64,000 nt of DNA from Candidatus Multivoradales bacterium (GCA_965248925.1 CBDFLE010000006.1:3168001-3232000); one strand, 5' to 3'; positions 20,859 to 30,992 are shown, numbered from the stretch's first letter. A program made the numbers and translations. The notes: a model not told the origin generated them from the letters alone.

Positions 20859-22133
20859 TCATAACACCGCCGGGAGTTGCAAGTGGGTGGCACTTTGGGC
20901 CAACCAAGCGAGCAAGCGATCGACATCCGGCGCTCGATGCCAGCCATGGAGTGCGATCCGCAAATAGCCTTCGCGAACCGAAGCGTAAATGCCGCCGCGA
21001 ATTCCATCTTGGAGGATTCGGTCGAAGCATTCAGCGCCGTGTCCGCAGTGATGTAGGGCGATAATCGAGCCGAGGCGCCTGGCCTTCAGCAGGCCCTGCA
21101 GGCGTTTGCTCTCGAGGCGCCAGTCGGGTAGCTCGGCCAGTCCGTCGAGCAGCTGGCATTGCAGACCGTGAAGGTGCTGGGCTATGCGCCGCGGGCCAGC
21201 CTCGAGGATCAGTCCCATGGCGGCACCAAAGGCAACGCAGCTCAGCAGGTTAGGGCTGCCGGCTTCGAGGCGCTCACCGGTGGTTAGCCATGCGCGGTCG
21301 AAATCGGTTGATGGACGGGCGAAGTTGCCGGCCGCCTCGACCGACAGCCAGGAACCGGTCGGCGCCAAGCGTTGGCGGAAGGCTGCGGCGGTCCACAGAA
21401 ACCCCTGGCCCTGCGGCGCCAGCAGTCCCTTGTGACCGCCGCAGGAGAAGGCGGCCAAGCCGTCGAGGTGGGTCGGTACCTCACTGGCGGGAAGGGTACC
21501 GGCGCCTTGGATTCCGTCGACCACCAGATCGATGCCGCGCTCGGCGCAACCCGCGACCAGCCGCCGCAGATCGAGGCGCAAACCATCTTGGAAGCGCACC
21601 CAGCTGACCGCCAGCAGGCGAGTCCGCGGGCCGCAACTGGCGAGCAATCGCTGCTCCGGATCGGCGGTTGTGCTAGGTGGTGCCGACTGCCAGGCCGCGG
21701 CGCCGGCTCTGTGCCCGGCCCACAAGGGCGCCTCGCGAACAGTCACTCCGCGCTGGCGCAACGCTAGCCAAGGCCAAGCATTGCTGGGGAACTCGCCGAG
21801 GGGCAAGAGAACCTCATCGCCGCTTTGCCAAGGGTAGCCCTGAGCCACCGCCACCAGGCCAGCGGAGGTGGTGGGTACCAGGGAGATATCAGCTTCGCGA
21901 CCACCGATCAGCGCTGCCGCGGCGGCTCGGGCGCGTTGTGGGATGGCGAGAAAATCCTTCTTCCAGCTCAGGGTCCAGGGGCGGGTCTCGCGGCTCAAGA
22001 AACGTTGAGTGGCTGCCGCGGCGGCCACTGGTACTGGGCCCTCGGCACAGTGCATCACCCACAGCACATGGTCTTCCAAGTCGAAGGCGGCGCGGGGCAA
22101 GGGTAGGGGAAACCCTTCTGTAGACGTTCGCAT
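20859..22133 (-). CDS. Aminotransferase class V-fold PLP enzyme (cysteine desulfurase-like)
   Basis: EFPSN..PW, VSWVRFQDG, VVDGIQGAG and the PLP lysine in GGHKGLLAPQG. Confidence 0.88.
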   Translation of the reverse strand: MRTSTEGFPLPLPRAAFDLEDHVLWVMHCAEGPVPVAAAAATQRFLSRETRPWTLSWKKDFLAIPQRARAAAAALIGGREADISLVPTTSAGLVAVAQGYPWQSGDEVLLPLGEFPSNAWPWLALRQRGVTVREAPLWAGHRAGAAAWQSAPPSTTADPEQRLLASCGPRTRLLAVSWVRFQDGLRLDLRRLVAGCAERGIDLVVDGIQGAGTLPASEVPTHLDGLAAFSCGGHKGLLAPQGQGFLWTAAAFRQRLAPTGSWLSVEAAGNFARPSTDFDRAWLTTGERLEAGSPNLLSCVAFGAAMGLILEAGPRRIAQHLHGLQCQLLDGLAELPDWRLESKRLQGLLKARRLGSIIALHHCGHGAECFDRILQDGIRGGIYASVREGYLRIALHGWHRAPDVDRLLAWLAQSATHLQLPAVL

Positions 22134-22208
22134 GATGCTATCTTCGCAAATCTTGTTCGTGGTCGCGAACCCTCGAACCTTGGATGAACAATCCGCAGCG
22201 CGACCGGC

Positions 22209-24173
22209 ATGAAAATGAGTCCTACCGCACAGGGAAGCGATCACCATGAGCCTCGACCGCTCGCCGGCTTGGCAGTGGTTTGGGCGCTTCTTTCAGCTTT
22301 GCCATTCTTGTTGGTTGCGCCGCTGGTCGCTGTCGTTCATTGGTTCGAGGCGGCTCACCGATTCGGTTTCCTCGGCGGGTTGCGGCATGCCCTCGATTAC
22401 GCTTTTCTGCCACTTTCAGTGCGCCTCGCGGTTGGGTTATTGCCGGCGGTTTTGCTGGTCATGTTGGTGCATCTGGGCTGCGCTCAAAGGCTGCAACGCC
22501 GGCTGGCATTGTTCGGCGGGCTGTTGGCTGGAGGCGTGGCTGGGGCCACGGCCAGCTATTTTGCCTCGGGGCCGATAGCGGCGGACCCCTCCTACGGTCG
22601 ATCGATCTGGTCGTTCTTGCCCGATGATTTGCTCAGTGCCGTTTTGGTCTTTGCCATCGCGGCTCTGGTTGCGGGTCTGGCGTGGAGGAGCTTTGCTCGG
22701 GTGGTGCCCTGGGCGTTCCTCGATAGTCGGCCGCGGCGTTGGTTGCTGGCGTTGGCAGCCGTGTTCTATGGCTTGATGCTGGTGGTAGCCGTGGCGGCGC
22801 CGCTGGTGGTAGCCGAACCGGTCGCTAGCCGACCCAACGTGCTGTTGATCAGCATCGATACCCTGCGCGCTGATCATCTCGGCGCTTATGGATATGCTCG
22901 CGACACTAGCCCACGAATCAATAACTTTGCCCAGCGGGGGGTGCTCTATGAACAGGCCCAGAGTTCCGCGCCATGGACCTTGCCGGCCCATGCCAGTTTG
23001 TTCTCGGGCCTCGATCCCAGCGAGCATGGCATCACCGAATATGCGAGTGACGGCGATACTTGGCAGGTTCTTGACCAGGAAATTCCGCTGCTGGCAGAGC
23101 AGTTGCGGGGCCATGGCTACACCACCGCGGCTTTCACCGGCGGTGGCTTGCTGGGTTCGCGCTTCGGATTGGCGCGGGGTTTCGACATGTATCGCAGCGA
23201 CGGCCGTCGCTTGGAGGACTATCATCCGGCGGTGCTCGGTTGGTTGCGGCGCAATCAACGCTGGCCGTTTTTTCTTTTCTTGCATTTCTACAATGTCCAT
23301 CGGCCTTACCGTCCGCCGGCGCCCTACGATAAGCTCTTTTCGGCGGCTGAGGGGGAGTCCTTCGCAGCGGCCGATCTGGAGGATTTCTGCGCCGCCGCGG
23401 AACAACGCGGCACTCCGCCCACGGCAGCGTTTCTGCGGCAGGTGGTAGCGCGTTATGACGGCGAGATTCGCTATCTCGATACCCTGTTGGGTGAGGTCTT
23501 TGATCAGCTAGAGCGCAGCGGTCTGAACGACAACACCCTGGTGGTGTTGCTGTCTGATCATGGCGAGGCATTCTTCGAGCACGGCAACTGCGATCATCTG
23601 AAATCGCTCTATCAACCTCTCGTTCGCGTACCTTTGATCGTCGCGGGTCCCGAGTTGCCTAGCGGTTTGCGGGTCCCCCAGCCGGTGCAACTCAAAGATG
23701 TGGGGCAGCTGATTCTCGACTATGTTGGGGTGGCCGACGAACTGGGTTCGCAGCCACGGCGGTTGCTCGCCGAGTTACGCCGCCAGGCCAGCGGTGAGCC
23801 GCCGGAGCCCGCTCTTGCCTATGCCGAGACCTGTTGCAAGGGCTACCGGCGCGATGTCGAGGGCTGGCACCACCAGCCTTGGCAAAGTGGTATTCGCTCG
23901 ATACGCTCTGCGGGTTTCAAGCTGATTACTGATGCCCAGGGGATACCACTCGAGCTGTACGATATGCAAGACGATCCAGGCGAGCGGCACGATCTGCTCG
24001 CTAGCGAGGATCCCGCGGTGAGCAACGCTCGCCACCAGCTAGAAGCGGCGATGGCCAAGCGGTTGCTCAAGATTGACCAACAGCGAGCGCGGTGGCAATC
24101 ACTGGCCGGCCGCCGACAATCGCTCGACGAGGAGACACTACGCCAGCTGCGCCAGCTCGGTTATGTCGACTGA
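22209..24173 (+). CDS. Membrane-anchored sulfatase-like hydrolase/transferase
   Basis: About five N-terminal TM helices, then PNVLLISIDTLRADH, WTLPAHASLFSG, HFYNVHRPY, YDGEI, LSDHGE, ELYDMQDDPGE and LRQLGYV. Confidence 0.9.
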   Translation: MKMSPTAQGSDHHEPRPLAGLAVVWALLSALPFLLVAPLVAVVHWFEAAHRFGFLGGLRHALDYAFLPLSVRLAVGLLPAVLLVMLVHLGCAQRLQRRLALFGGLLAGGVAGATASYFASGPIAADPSYGRSIWSFLPDDLLSAVLVFAIAALVAGLAWRSFARVVPWAFLDSRPRRWLLALAAVFYGLMLVVAVAAPLVVAEPVASRPNVLLISIDTLRADHLGAYGYARDTSPRINNFAQRGVLYEQAQSSAPWTLPAHASLFSGLDPSEHGITEYASDGDTWQVLDQEIPLLAEQLRGHGYTTAAFTGGGLLGSRFGLARGFDMYRSDGRRLEDYHPAVLGWLRRNQRWPFFLFLHFYNVHRPYRPPAPYDKLFSAAEGESFAAADLEDFCAAAEQRGTPPTAAFLRQVVARYDGEIRYLDTLLGEVFDQLERSGLNDNTLVVLLSDHGEAFFEHGNCDHLKSLYQPLVRVPLIVAGPELPSGLRVPQPVQLKDVGQLILDYVGVADELGSQPRRLLAELRRQASGEPPEPALAYAETCCKGYRRDVEGWHHQPWQSGIRSIRSAGFKLITDAQGIPLELYDMQDDPGERHDLLASEDPAVSNARHQLEAAMAKRLLKIDQQRARWQSLAGRRQSLDEETLRQLRQLGYVD

Positions 24174-24335
24174 ACCAGGTGTTAGCCTCGCGGATTGTGT
24201 AGGGGCCGTGGCATGCGCCCGTTTGTGCTGTCCGAGCCGCTGGGCGCACGCCGTGCGCCCCTACGAAAACCTATTGTTGTCAATAACTTGTGAATTTCCG
24301 AGACGGTGAGTTAGAGCGAGTTGGAGCACAGCGTT

Positions 24336-25547
24336 ATGGAAAAAGAGCCCACCACCGTTTCCCCCGACACGGTTTCGTCATCGGATTCGGACCCCTCTGA
24401 CGCTAAGTCGCCGGCGGCTTCCAAATTGGCCCTGGTATTGACCGGCGGTGGTGCCCGTGCGGCTTATCAGGTGGGATTGCTGCGCTGCATGGCGCGGCAT
24501 ATGCCGGATCTGCAAGTGCCGATCATCACCGGGGTCTCGGCGGGGGCGATCAATGCGGCGTTTCTGGCTTCCCACCCCGGGTCGTTGAAGGACGCGGCGC
24601 ACGACCTGTGCAAGGTTTGGGAAGGGATTGAGTTTGAGCATGTTTTTCAGGTCGGTGTTGGGCCGCTGTTGCTAAGGGGTCTGCGTTGGGTCACTCGCCT
24701 GGTGTCTGGCGGTAGCCAGATGACCCCGGCGCCGCGCGGCCTGGTCGATACCGAGCCGTTGCACGAACTGCTCGAACGGACTCTAGAAACTGGCCCAGAC
24801 GGCGAGATCGTTGGCATTCAGCGCAACCTCGACGCTGGCCACCTCGAAGCCGTGGCCCTAGTCACCTTGCGTTACTCCACCGGCCAGACGGTGACTTGGT
24901 GTCAAGCAAACGAAGTCACAGATTGGCGCCGCGCGCGGCGCCGTAGCCGGCAATGCCGGTTGAACATTGACCATGTGATGGCATCCTCAGCGTTGCCGCT
25001 GTTCTTCCCGGCGGCCAAGCTTGGCGAGGATTGGTACGGCGACGGTGGGATTCGTCACTCGGCGCCGCTGTCGCCGGCGTTGCACCTTGGTGCCGATCGG
25101 GTGCTGGCGGTGTCGACGCGGTATCATCGCAGCCAGGCCGAAGCCGACCAGCCGGTGGTCAGCGGCTATCCGCCGCCGGCACAGATCGTCGGCAATTTGA
25201 TGAACTCGGTTTTTCTCGATGTGCTGGATCGCGACATTCTGCGCCTGCACCGGCTTGACGCCCTGGTGCGGCGATTGCCGGCGGCGGAGCGCGAGGGTAT
25301 GCGGCCCCTAAAGATCATGCTGTTGCGGCCTTCGGTAGATCTAGGCAAGTTGTCGGCGAATTATGAGGTGCGCTTGCCTAAGGGGTTTCGCTGGTTGACT
25401 CGCAGTCTGGGTACTCGCCAGACAAAGAGCCCCGACTTTCTGGCCATGTTGATGTTTCAACCTGACTATCTGCGCCAACTGATCGACATTGGCGAACGCG
25501 ATGCCGAGGCGCGGCTGGATGAGATTGCTCGGCTGGTGTCGGCCTGA
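24336..25547 (+). CDS. Patatin-like phospholipase
   Basis: GGGARAAY, GVSAG (Ser) and DGG (Asp) motifs. Confidence 0.92.
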   Translation: MEKEPTTVSPDTVSSSDSDPSDAKSPAASKLALVLTGGGARAAYQVGLLRCMARHMPDLQVPIITGVSAGAINAAFLASHPGSLKDAAHDLCKVWEGIEFEHVFQVGVGPLLLRGLRWVTRLVSGGSQMTPAPRGLVDTEPLHELLERTLETGPDGEIVGIQRNLDAGHLEAVALVTLRYSTGQTVTWCQANEVTDWRRARRRSRQCRLNIDHVMASSALPLFFPAAKLGEDWYGDGGIRHSAPLSPALHLGADRVLAVSTRYHRSQAEADQPVVSGYPPPAQIVGNLMNSVFLDVLDRDILRLHRLDALVRRLPAAEREGMRPLKIMLLRPSVDLGKLSANYEVRLPKGFRWLTRSLGTRQTKSPDFLAMLMFQPDYLRQLIDIGERDAEARLDEIARLVSA

Positions 25548-25689
25548 GCCAAGCCGCCGCGGCTAGCACTAGGCAACACGCGAGGGGTCGGTTGGCGCCA
25601 GAGGTTGTTGCCGCGGTAGCATGGTAGGTCGGGACGGGTAGATTTTCAGGAGTCGTCTAACTGCTTGCCAACTGTCGAAGGAGTTCGAG

Positions 25690-26559
25690 ATGCGATGCTA
25701 TTTCGCCAAGGATCTCAAACGTCGCTTGATTGCCACCGGGGGTATCGCTGGTTGTTTGCTAGTGGTTCTTGCCTCCGGCGTGTTGGCGGAGTCATCCAAG
25801 GGGCGAGTGGGCTACCGAGCCCATGGTCGCTACGCGCGCCCGGCACCGCCGCGGGCGACGCAGCAGCCGCTGCCGATCGTCGGTACGGCATTTCCAGGCA
25901 ACGTGCCGCGCACGCAGCAGAAGTACTACCGCGTACTGCCGCCCTACGCCTCGAATACCCAACCCTTTCACAGCAATCCGCACTACCCGTCCGGGGTGCC
26001 GATCGATCCCCGCGCACTGCCCAGTTTAGGCGCTACTCGCTTCATCACGGTGCTGCCACAGCCGGTGGTCTATCTGCCGACCAACGCTGTGTTCCGGTCA
26101 CCGGCCGAGGTTCTGCAGGCCGTACCGCAGCCGATCGCGCCGCCACAGCAAGTAGGGACGGCCCCCTCCGGTGCGCCGATCTATGTGGTGGTGCAGGCCC
26201 CTCCGGCACCGCCGGCACCTTCCGCGCCTCCGGCCAGCACGCCCCCCGCCGTGTCCCCAGCAGCTCCTACGGCGGCGCCGGCACCCCCCCGCGGACCGGG
26301 CGGACTCCGTTTTCGCGTGCAGCCGGCCGATGCTCAGGTCTTTCTCGACGATCGGTTGCTCGGTGAGGGCGCTGCTCTTTCGGCCCAACTCGAAGCCATG
26401 GTGCTTGATGCCGGGGTCTACATGCTCGAAGTACGCCACCCAGACCATCGTTCGGAACGTCTGTTCTTTGGCGTCTATGCCGACACCGAGGTTGAAGTAG
26501 AAATCGATCTGACCCGTCGGGACGGCCGCCGCCGCTCGTGGGTAGATATTGATAGTTGA
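25690..26559 (+). CDS. Secreted Pro-rich protein with a C-terminal PEGA-like domain
   Basis: Hydrophobic N-terminus, Pro/Ala linker, and GGLRFRVQPADAQVFLDDRLLG...GVYMLEVRHPDH. Confidence 0.65.
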   Translation: MRCYFAKDLKRRLIATGGIAGCLLVVLASGVLAESSKGRVGYRAHGRYARPAPPRATQQPLPIVGTAFPGNVPRTQQKYYRVLPPYASNTQPFHSNPHYPSGVPIDPRALPSLGATRFITVLPQPVVYLPTNAVFRSPAEVLQAVPQPIAPPQQVGTAPSGAPIYVVVQAPPAPPAPSAPPASTPPAVSPAAPTAAPAPPRGPGGLRFRVQPADAQVFLDDRLLGEGAALSAQLEAMVLDAGVYMLEVRHPDHRSERLFFGVYADTEVEVEIDLTRRDGRRRSWVDIDS

Positions 26560-26779
26560 GAATAATCGGCTAAGAGTAGAGATTCTCTGATCGCCTGCCA
26601 ACCACCAGTGAGATTTCTGTATCTCGCTACAGGTATCGTCAGCATGCCTCTTCGGTGCCCGGATTGATAGACCAATCGTGGCGTTTTTCAAGCACCCCCT
26701 TTGAGGTTTTCGCCTTCTTGGGTCTCTAGTCGCCAAGAAAGTGCGGCAAGTCGGTCGGCCAGACTTATAATCGCAGGTT

Positions 26780-29587
26780 ATGGAAGGGACCACCCTGGGT
26801 CCGTATCGCCTCGAGAAGCGGCTAGGTGCTGGTGGTATGGGGGAGGTCTTCAAGGCGCATGACGACCGTCTGGGTCGATCAGTGGCGATCAAGAGGATCC
26901 TGCCCACTAAGCAGCAAAGTGCCGGTTTTCGTCAGCGTTTGCTAAGGGAAGCACGGGCTATTGCCCAGCTTAATCACCCGGCGATCGTTCAGATCTACGA
27001 CATCTTCCAAGACGGTGATAGCGACTGCATCGTCATGGAGTTTGTCGAGGGACAGCGCCTCGATAAGCTGATCCGCGAGAGCCGGCTCGACTTGGAAACG
27101 GTGTTGCGTTGCGGCAAAGAAATTGCGAGTGGGCTTGCTGAAGCCCATTCCAAGGGAATCCTGCATCGTGATCTGAAGACTGAGAATGTCCTGCTGAGCG
27201 CCGCCGGTGACGCCAAGCTGCTGGATTTCGGCTTGGCTCGCCCCCTCCGACCGACAGAGTTCGACGCCTCGCTCACCGCCCACGACCAGATGGTCGGCAC
27301 CAGCCGAACCTTGTCTCCCGAGTACGCCAGCGGCGACGAGATCGACCATCGCTCGGACCTTTTCCAGTTGGGAGTGCTGCTCTACGAAGCTTGTACCGGC
27401 AGCTCACCGTTCAAGGCCCAGAACACCCTCGCCACCCTCAAGCGAGTGATTCTGCACACCCAGGCACCGGTGGCGATGTTGCGCCCCGAGGTGCCGCCAG
27501 AGTTGTCGGAACTGATCGACAGGTTGTTGGAGAAGGACCCTGAGGATAGGCCGCAGAGCGCAGCCGAAGTGGCCGAGGAGCTGGCTCTGATGTTCGGCTC
27601 CACCACTTCGTCGGAATCGATGGTGCGCAGCAACCAGTATCGGCGGCCCTCGCGACTGACAGCGGTGCTTGCTGTGCGTCGGGGAACGTTTTGGCTCGCT
27701 GCTCTGGCCATGCTGCTGCTGGCGCTGGGGATAGGGTTTTACTTCGTTGGCGGGCGAGCCGGTCGCGAGCAACAAGGACCGGGCTTACTGCAGGCCAAGG
27801 ATTCGGTGGTGCTGGCGCATCTCGACAACCGTACCGGCGACGCGGATCTCGATCACTCCGTCGGCACCGCGTTGCGGGTGGGGCTCAATCAGTCTCGTTT
27901 TGCTTATGTGCTGCCGCCGGAGCGGGTAGCCGACGCTCTGGATCGGATGGAGCGGCAGCCGGGCTCGAGAATCGATCGCCAACTCGGCATCGAAATTTGC
28001 CAGCGGGAGGCCTCGAAGGCTCTGGTGAGCGGCAGTGTGGTCAAGGTGGGTGACAACTACAAGATCAGTGTTGAGCTGATCGACCCCGGCAATCAGCGTA
28101 GCGTGTTTACCTTCTCGGCCCCTGCCGAAGGGCGAGACGGGATCCTCAACGCGGTCGAGCTGGCGGCACGGGCCCTGCGCGCCAACCTAGGCGAGTCCTT
28201 GGCGACGATCAAAGAGAGCGCCCTGCCCTTGGAGAAGGTAACCACCCCCCATTTGCAGGCCCTTGAAGCCTACTCGCTGGCCGCCAGACATCATCTGCAG
28301 GGTGATCCCGAGGCCGCTATCCTGCTGCTCGAAGAAGCGCTTGAGATCGACCCCGGCTTTGCCATGGCGCACGCTCGCCTGGGTACTATTTATCGCAATT
28401 TGCAGCGCGGAGGGGAACTCGCCCCGAGGCATTTCGAGCGGGCCTTGGAGCTGCATGACCGACTGGCTCCCCTGGAGCGGCTCTATGTCGAAGGTTGGGT
28501 GGCCTCAACCCAGGGGGAACCGGGTGAGATGGTGCGGATCTGGTCGCTGATGAGTTCTCTTTACCCGCAACACGACTCCGGGCACTACAACCTGGGGATG
28601 GTCTACTGGCAGTTCCAGAATCAGTACCAGATGGCCGCAGAAGCCTTGCGCGAAGCCAGCGAGCTGGTCAATAACAGTCGCCGCTACCAGGCGATGATGA
28701 TGTACGGCTACTGTCAGCTGGCACTCGGTGAGCGTGAGGGTGCTCTGGTCAGCTTCGAAGAGGCCCGGCAGCAGCAGACGGACCAACCTGTGGCGGCTCT
28801 TGCCTTGGTAGATGCCTACCTTGCCGAGCGTCGTTACGACCCAGCGCGGCAGCTGGCGGAGAGGGTGGTTCGAGAGACCGCCGATCAGTGGCAGGTTCAG
28901 GCCAAGCTGCGTCTAGCTTTGTTGGAGATGGACCGGGGCCGTTTTCCAGCTGCCCTTGATCGGTTGACCGAGGTGATTGCCCAAGCCGAAGCGACGGGGC
29001 TCGCGCGGCCGGCCCTGGTCGCTCGCCTGGCTCGTATCGCCGTGCTCGAGATCGAAGGCGATCGGGATAGCTTCGCGCGCGAATTGGACATCTCGATCTC
29101 CTCCGCTCGCCAGCTGTTGGGCACCGAGAGCGCCGTGCTGAGCTCCTCTCCAACTACTTTGCTGGTGATGCTCGGCAAGCTTGGCTTACGCCATGGATCG
29201 GCTGAACAAGCACGGCAGATTTTCGGCTGGCTAGCGCCGCTGGCCGAAGAGACCGGATATGCGCTGCGCCGGGCCTACGTCAAGATCCTGGAAGGCGAGA
29301 TTCTAGCTTTTGAAGGACAGGTGCAGCTGGCTGACGAGCGTTTGCGCGAGGCGATCACTATCGCCGAGCCGATTCAGGCGCACGAAAGTCTGGCCCGTCT
29401 ATGGATGGCGGCGGGCCAAGAAGAGACCGCGGCGATCCACTTTGCTTGGCTGCGCCAGCACCGCTCACGCGCCTTTGTCGAGTGTGTCGGCTATTGCTTT
29501 GGTCGTGAACTCAATGTCTTGGCCTTGCAGCAGGCCGAGGAATGGCGGCCGCTGACAGCGAATGAAGCGGGATCGGACACCGACTAA
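26780..29587 (+). CDS. Membrane Ser/Thr protein kinase with C-terminal TolB-N-like and TPR region (resembles the receptor half of 'peptide modification system cyclases')
   Basis: Kinase motifs LGAGGMGEV, VAIK, HRDLKTEN, DFG, SPE, DLFQLG; TM FWLAALAMLLLALGIGFYFV; NRTGD, LNQSRF, LGESL, TPRs (IDPGFAMAHARLG); terminal WLRQHRSRAFVE...LNV. Confidence 0.9.
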   Translation: MEGTTLGPYRLEKRLGAGGMGEVFKAHDDRLGRSVAIKRILPTKQQSAGFRQRLLREARAIAQLNHPAIVQIYDIFQDGDSDCIVMEFVEGQRLDKLIRESRLDLETVLRCGKEIASGLAEAHSKGILHRDLKTENVLLSAAGDAKLLDFGLARPLRPTEFDASLTAHDQMVGTSRTLSPEYASGDEIDHRSDLFQLGVLLYEACTGSSPFKAQNTLATLKRVILHTQAPVAMLRPEVPPELSELIDRLLEKDPEDRPQSAAEVAEELALMFGSTTSSESMVRSNQYRRPSRLTAVLAVRRGTFWLAALAMLLLALGIGFYFVGGRAGREQQGPGLLQAKDSVVLAHLDNRTGDADLDHSVGTALRVGLNQSRFAYVLPPERVADALDRMERQPGSRIDRQLGIEICQREASKALVSGSVVKVGDNYKISVELIDPGNQRSVFTFSAPAEGRDGILNAVELAARALRANLGESLATIKESALPLEKVTTPHLQALEAYSLAARHHLQGDPEAAILLLEEALEIDPGFAMAHARLGTIYRNLQRGGELAPRHFERALELHDRLAPLERLYVEGWVASTQGEPGEMVRIWSLMSSLYPQHDSGHYNLGMVYWQFQNQYQMAAEALREASELVNNSRRYQAMMMYGYCQLALGEREGALVSFEEARQQQTDQPVAALALVDAYLAERRYDPARQLAERVVRETADQWQVQAKLRLALLEMDRGRFPAALDRLTEVIAQAEATGLARPALVARLARIAVLEIEGDRDSFARELDISISSARQLLGTESAVLSSSPTTLLVMLGKLGLRHGSAEQARQIFGWLAPLAEETGYALRRAYVKILEGEILAFEGQVQLADERLREAITIAEPIQAHESLARLWMAAGQEETAAIHFAWLRQHRSRAFVECVGYCFGRELNVLALQQAEEWRPLTANEAGSDTD

Positions 29588-30822
29588 CCACCAGAACCCG
29601 TGGGCTGGCCGCGCAAGGCCAGCGTCGGCCGAGAGTCCTCAGCCGCTGCCGGCACTCCACAGCCACAAACCGCGATGGAACCTTCCATGGCAGGCTCCAG
29701 GCCGAGTTCTTGCTCGACGTTGGCGCCGTTGATGGCGGCGCTAAAGAAAGCTCCCAAGCCCAGCTCGGCGGCTACCAGGTAGAAGGTCTGGCTGAGGTGG
29801 GCGGCGTCCATCAGGACCACCCCATAGGTCTTGGCACTGTCGCCATATTTCCAGAAATTGCGTCGAAAGCGGGCGGTCAGAAACACCAGCACCTGGGCCC
29901 CAGAGGGAAAAGACTGGCCCGCGGTTAGTTGGTCGGCTAGTTGTTCTACCCGTTCTGGCGCCAAGGCTCGTACCAAGCTCAGTCCGTGCTGGCCAGTGTT
30001 GTAGTGGTAGAAGCCGGCAGCCAAGTCTTCGACGTCGCGGACCAGGGGATAGGCTTCTATGGGATGCAGCGCGCCGCCTGAAGGACTGGTCTTGTGTAGC
30101 ACCTCGAAATCGGCCGACAGCCTCGAGCTACCGTGGCAGCCGAAGACCTGGAACAGCAAGGTAGATAGATCTTGCAGCCGTAAAGAGCGCCGAGGATTGA
30201 AGCGGCGAGTGGTTCTGCGCTGAGCTAGCAGGCGGTAGAACGGGCGATCAGTCTCGGCTGTCGGTAGGGGTTCAGGAGATGCCGCGTTGGTCGGCTGGTG
30301 AAACGCTGTTGGCGCTACCCCGCGCTGGGCGGCGAATTCGGTGAATAGCCGCTCGTTGTTGCGGACCAGCTGGTTTTGCTCGTCCTCATCATTCGGCACT
30401 CCCAAGTCTTGATCTCGCCAGCGGTTCATGAAGTGGTAGAGCGCCGCCTGGGCTGGCCAGCCGGCCTCCCCGATGCGCTGATCGCGCTCGCGAAGAGCCG
30501 TTGGGCCGGGCTCCTCCTGGTCGCTGAGTAGCAGCCCAATATCGATCAACTTGGCGATCAGCTGTGGCTTGGCAGCGGTTCGTTCGAGCAGCAGGTCGAC
30601 CGCAAGCCACTGGTCGCGGGGTACGCTCAGCAGTAGCTCGACTTCGCTGGTAGTGATGCAGTGGCGGGTCGAAGTAAGCAGCGAAAGAGCTTGCAACTCA
30701 GTCTGAGAGCGCAGCTCGACCGCGCCGCGGAGCAGAGCCCCGAGATCGACGACCTGCTGGTCCGCGAGTTCGAAGAACAGGTTGCGAGGCCGCTTGACGC
30801 GCAGTGTCGATTCTTCTGTCAT
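29584..30822 (-). CDS. SagB/nitroreductase-family putative peptide maturation dehydrogenase (FMN-dependent)
   Basis: RRTTRRF, HKTSPSGGALHPIEAYPLV, GFYHY, RFRRNFWKY, MDAAHLSQTFYL, LGLGAFFSAAIN, plus a ~190-aa N-terminal extension (DLGALLRG..., AALYHFMNRWRD). Confidence 0.9.
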   Translation of the reverse strand: MTEESTLRVKRPRNLFFELADQQVVDLGALLRGAVELRSQTELQALSLLTSTRHCITTSEVELLLSVPRDQWLAVDLLLERTAAKPQLIAKLIDIGLLLSDQEEPGPTALRERDQRIGEAGWPAQAALYHFMNRWRDQDLGVPNDEDEQNQLVRNNERLFTEFAAQRGVAPTAFHQPTNAASPEPLPTAETDRPFYRLLAQRRTTRRFNPRRSLRLQDLSTLLFQVFGCHGSSRLSADFEVLHKTSPSGGALHPIEAYPLVRDVEDLAAGFYHYNTGQHGLSLVRALAPERVEQLADQLTAGQSFPSGAQVLVFLTARFRRNFWKYGDSAKTYGVVLMDAAHLSQTFYLVAAELGLGAFFSAAINGANVEQELGLEPAMEGSIAVCGCGVPAAAEDSRPTLALRGQPTGSGG

Positions 30823-30933
30823 GGGTCAATTTGGCCCCTGGACCGACCCGCGGGATAGCTGTATCGAGAGCTTCGAGGTCGGTATTCGACCCGTGTTTGG
30901 CCTTCTCGCAGATGCACGATGCCCAGATACAAC

Positions 30934-30980
30934 AAACCCCCCAGACTCGTACTCAACCGTAGCTGGAGTCGGGGGGTTTT
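30934..30980 (-). terminator. Stem-loop between the precursor and dehydrogenase genes (terminator or mRNA-stabilising hairpin)
   Basis: Minus strand AAAACCCCCC-GACTC-CAGC-TACG-GTTG-AGTAC-GAGTC-T-GGGGGGTTT, followed by GTTGT; 12 nt after the precursor stop. Confidence 0.7.
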
Positions 30981-30992
30981 CGGGACTGACGG

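Noticed and set aside
26130-26300. Repetitive CCG/GCA-rich tract
   Set aside because: It encodes a Pro/Ala linker of the PEGA-like protein and is not a DNA repeat element.
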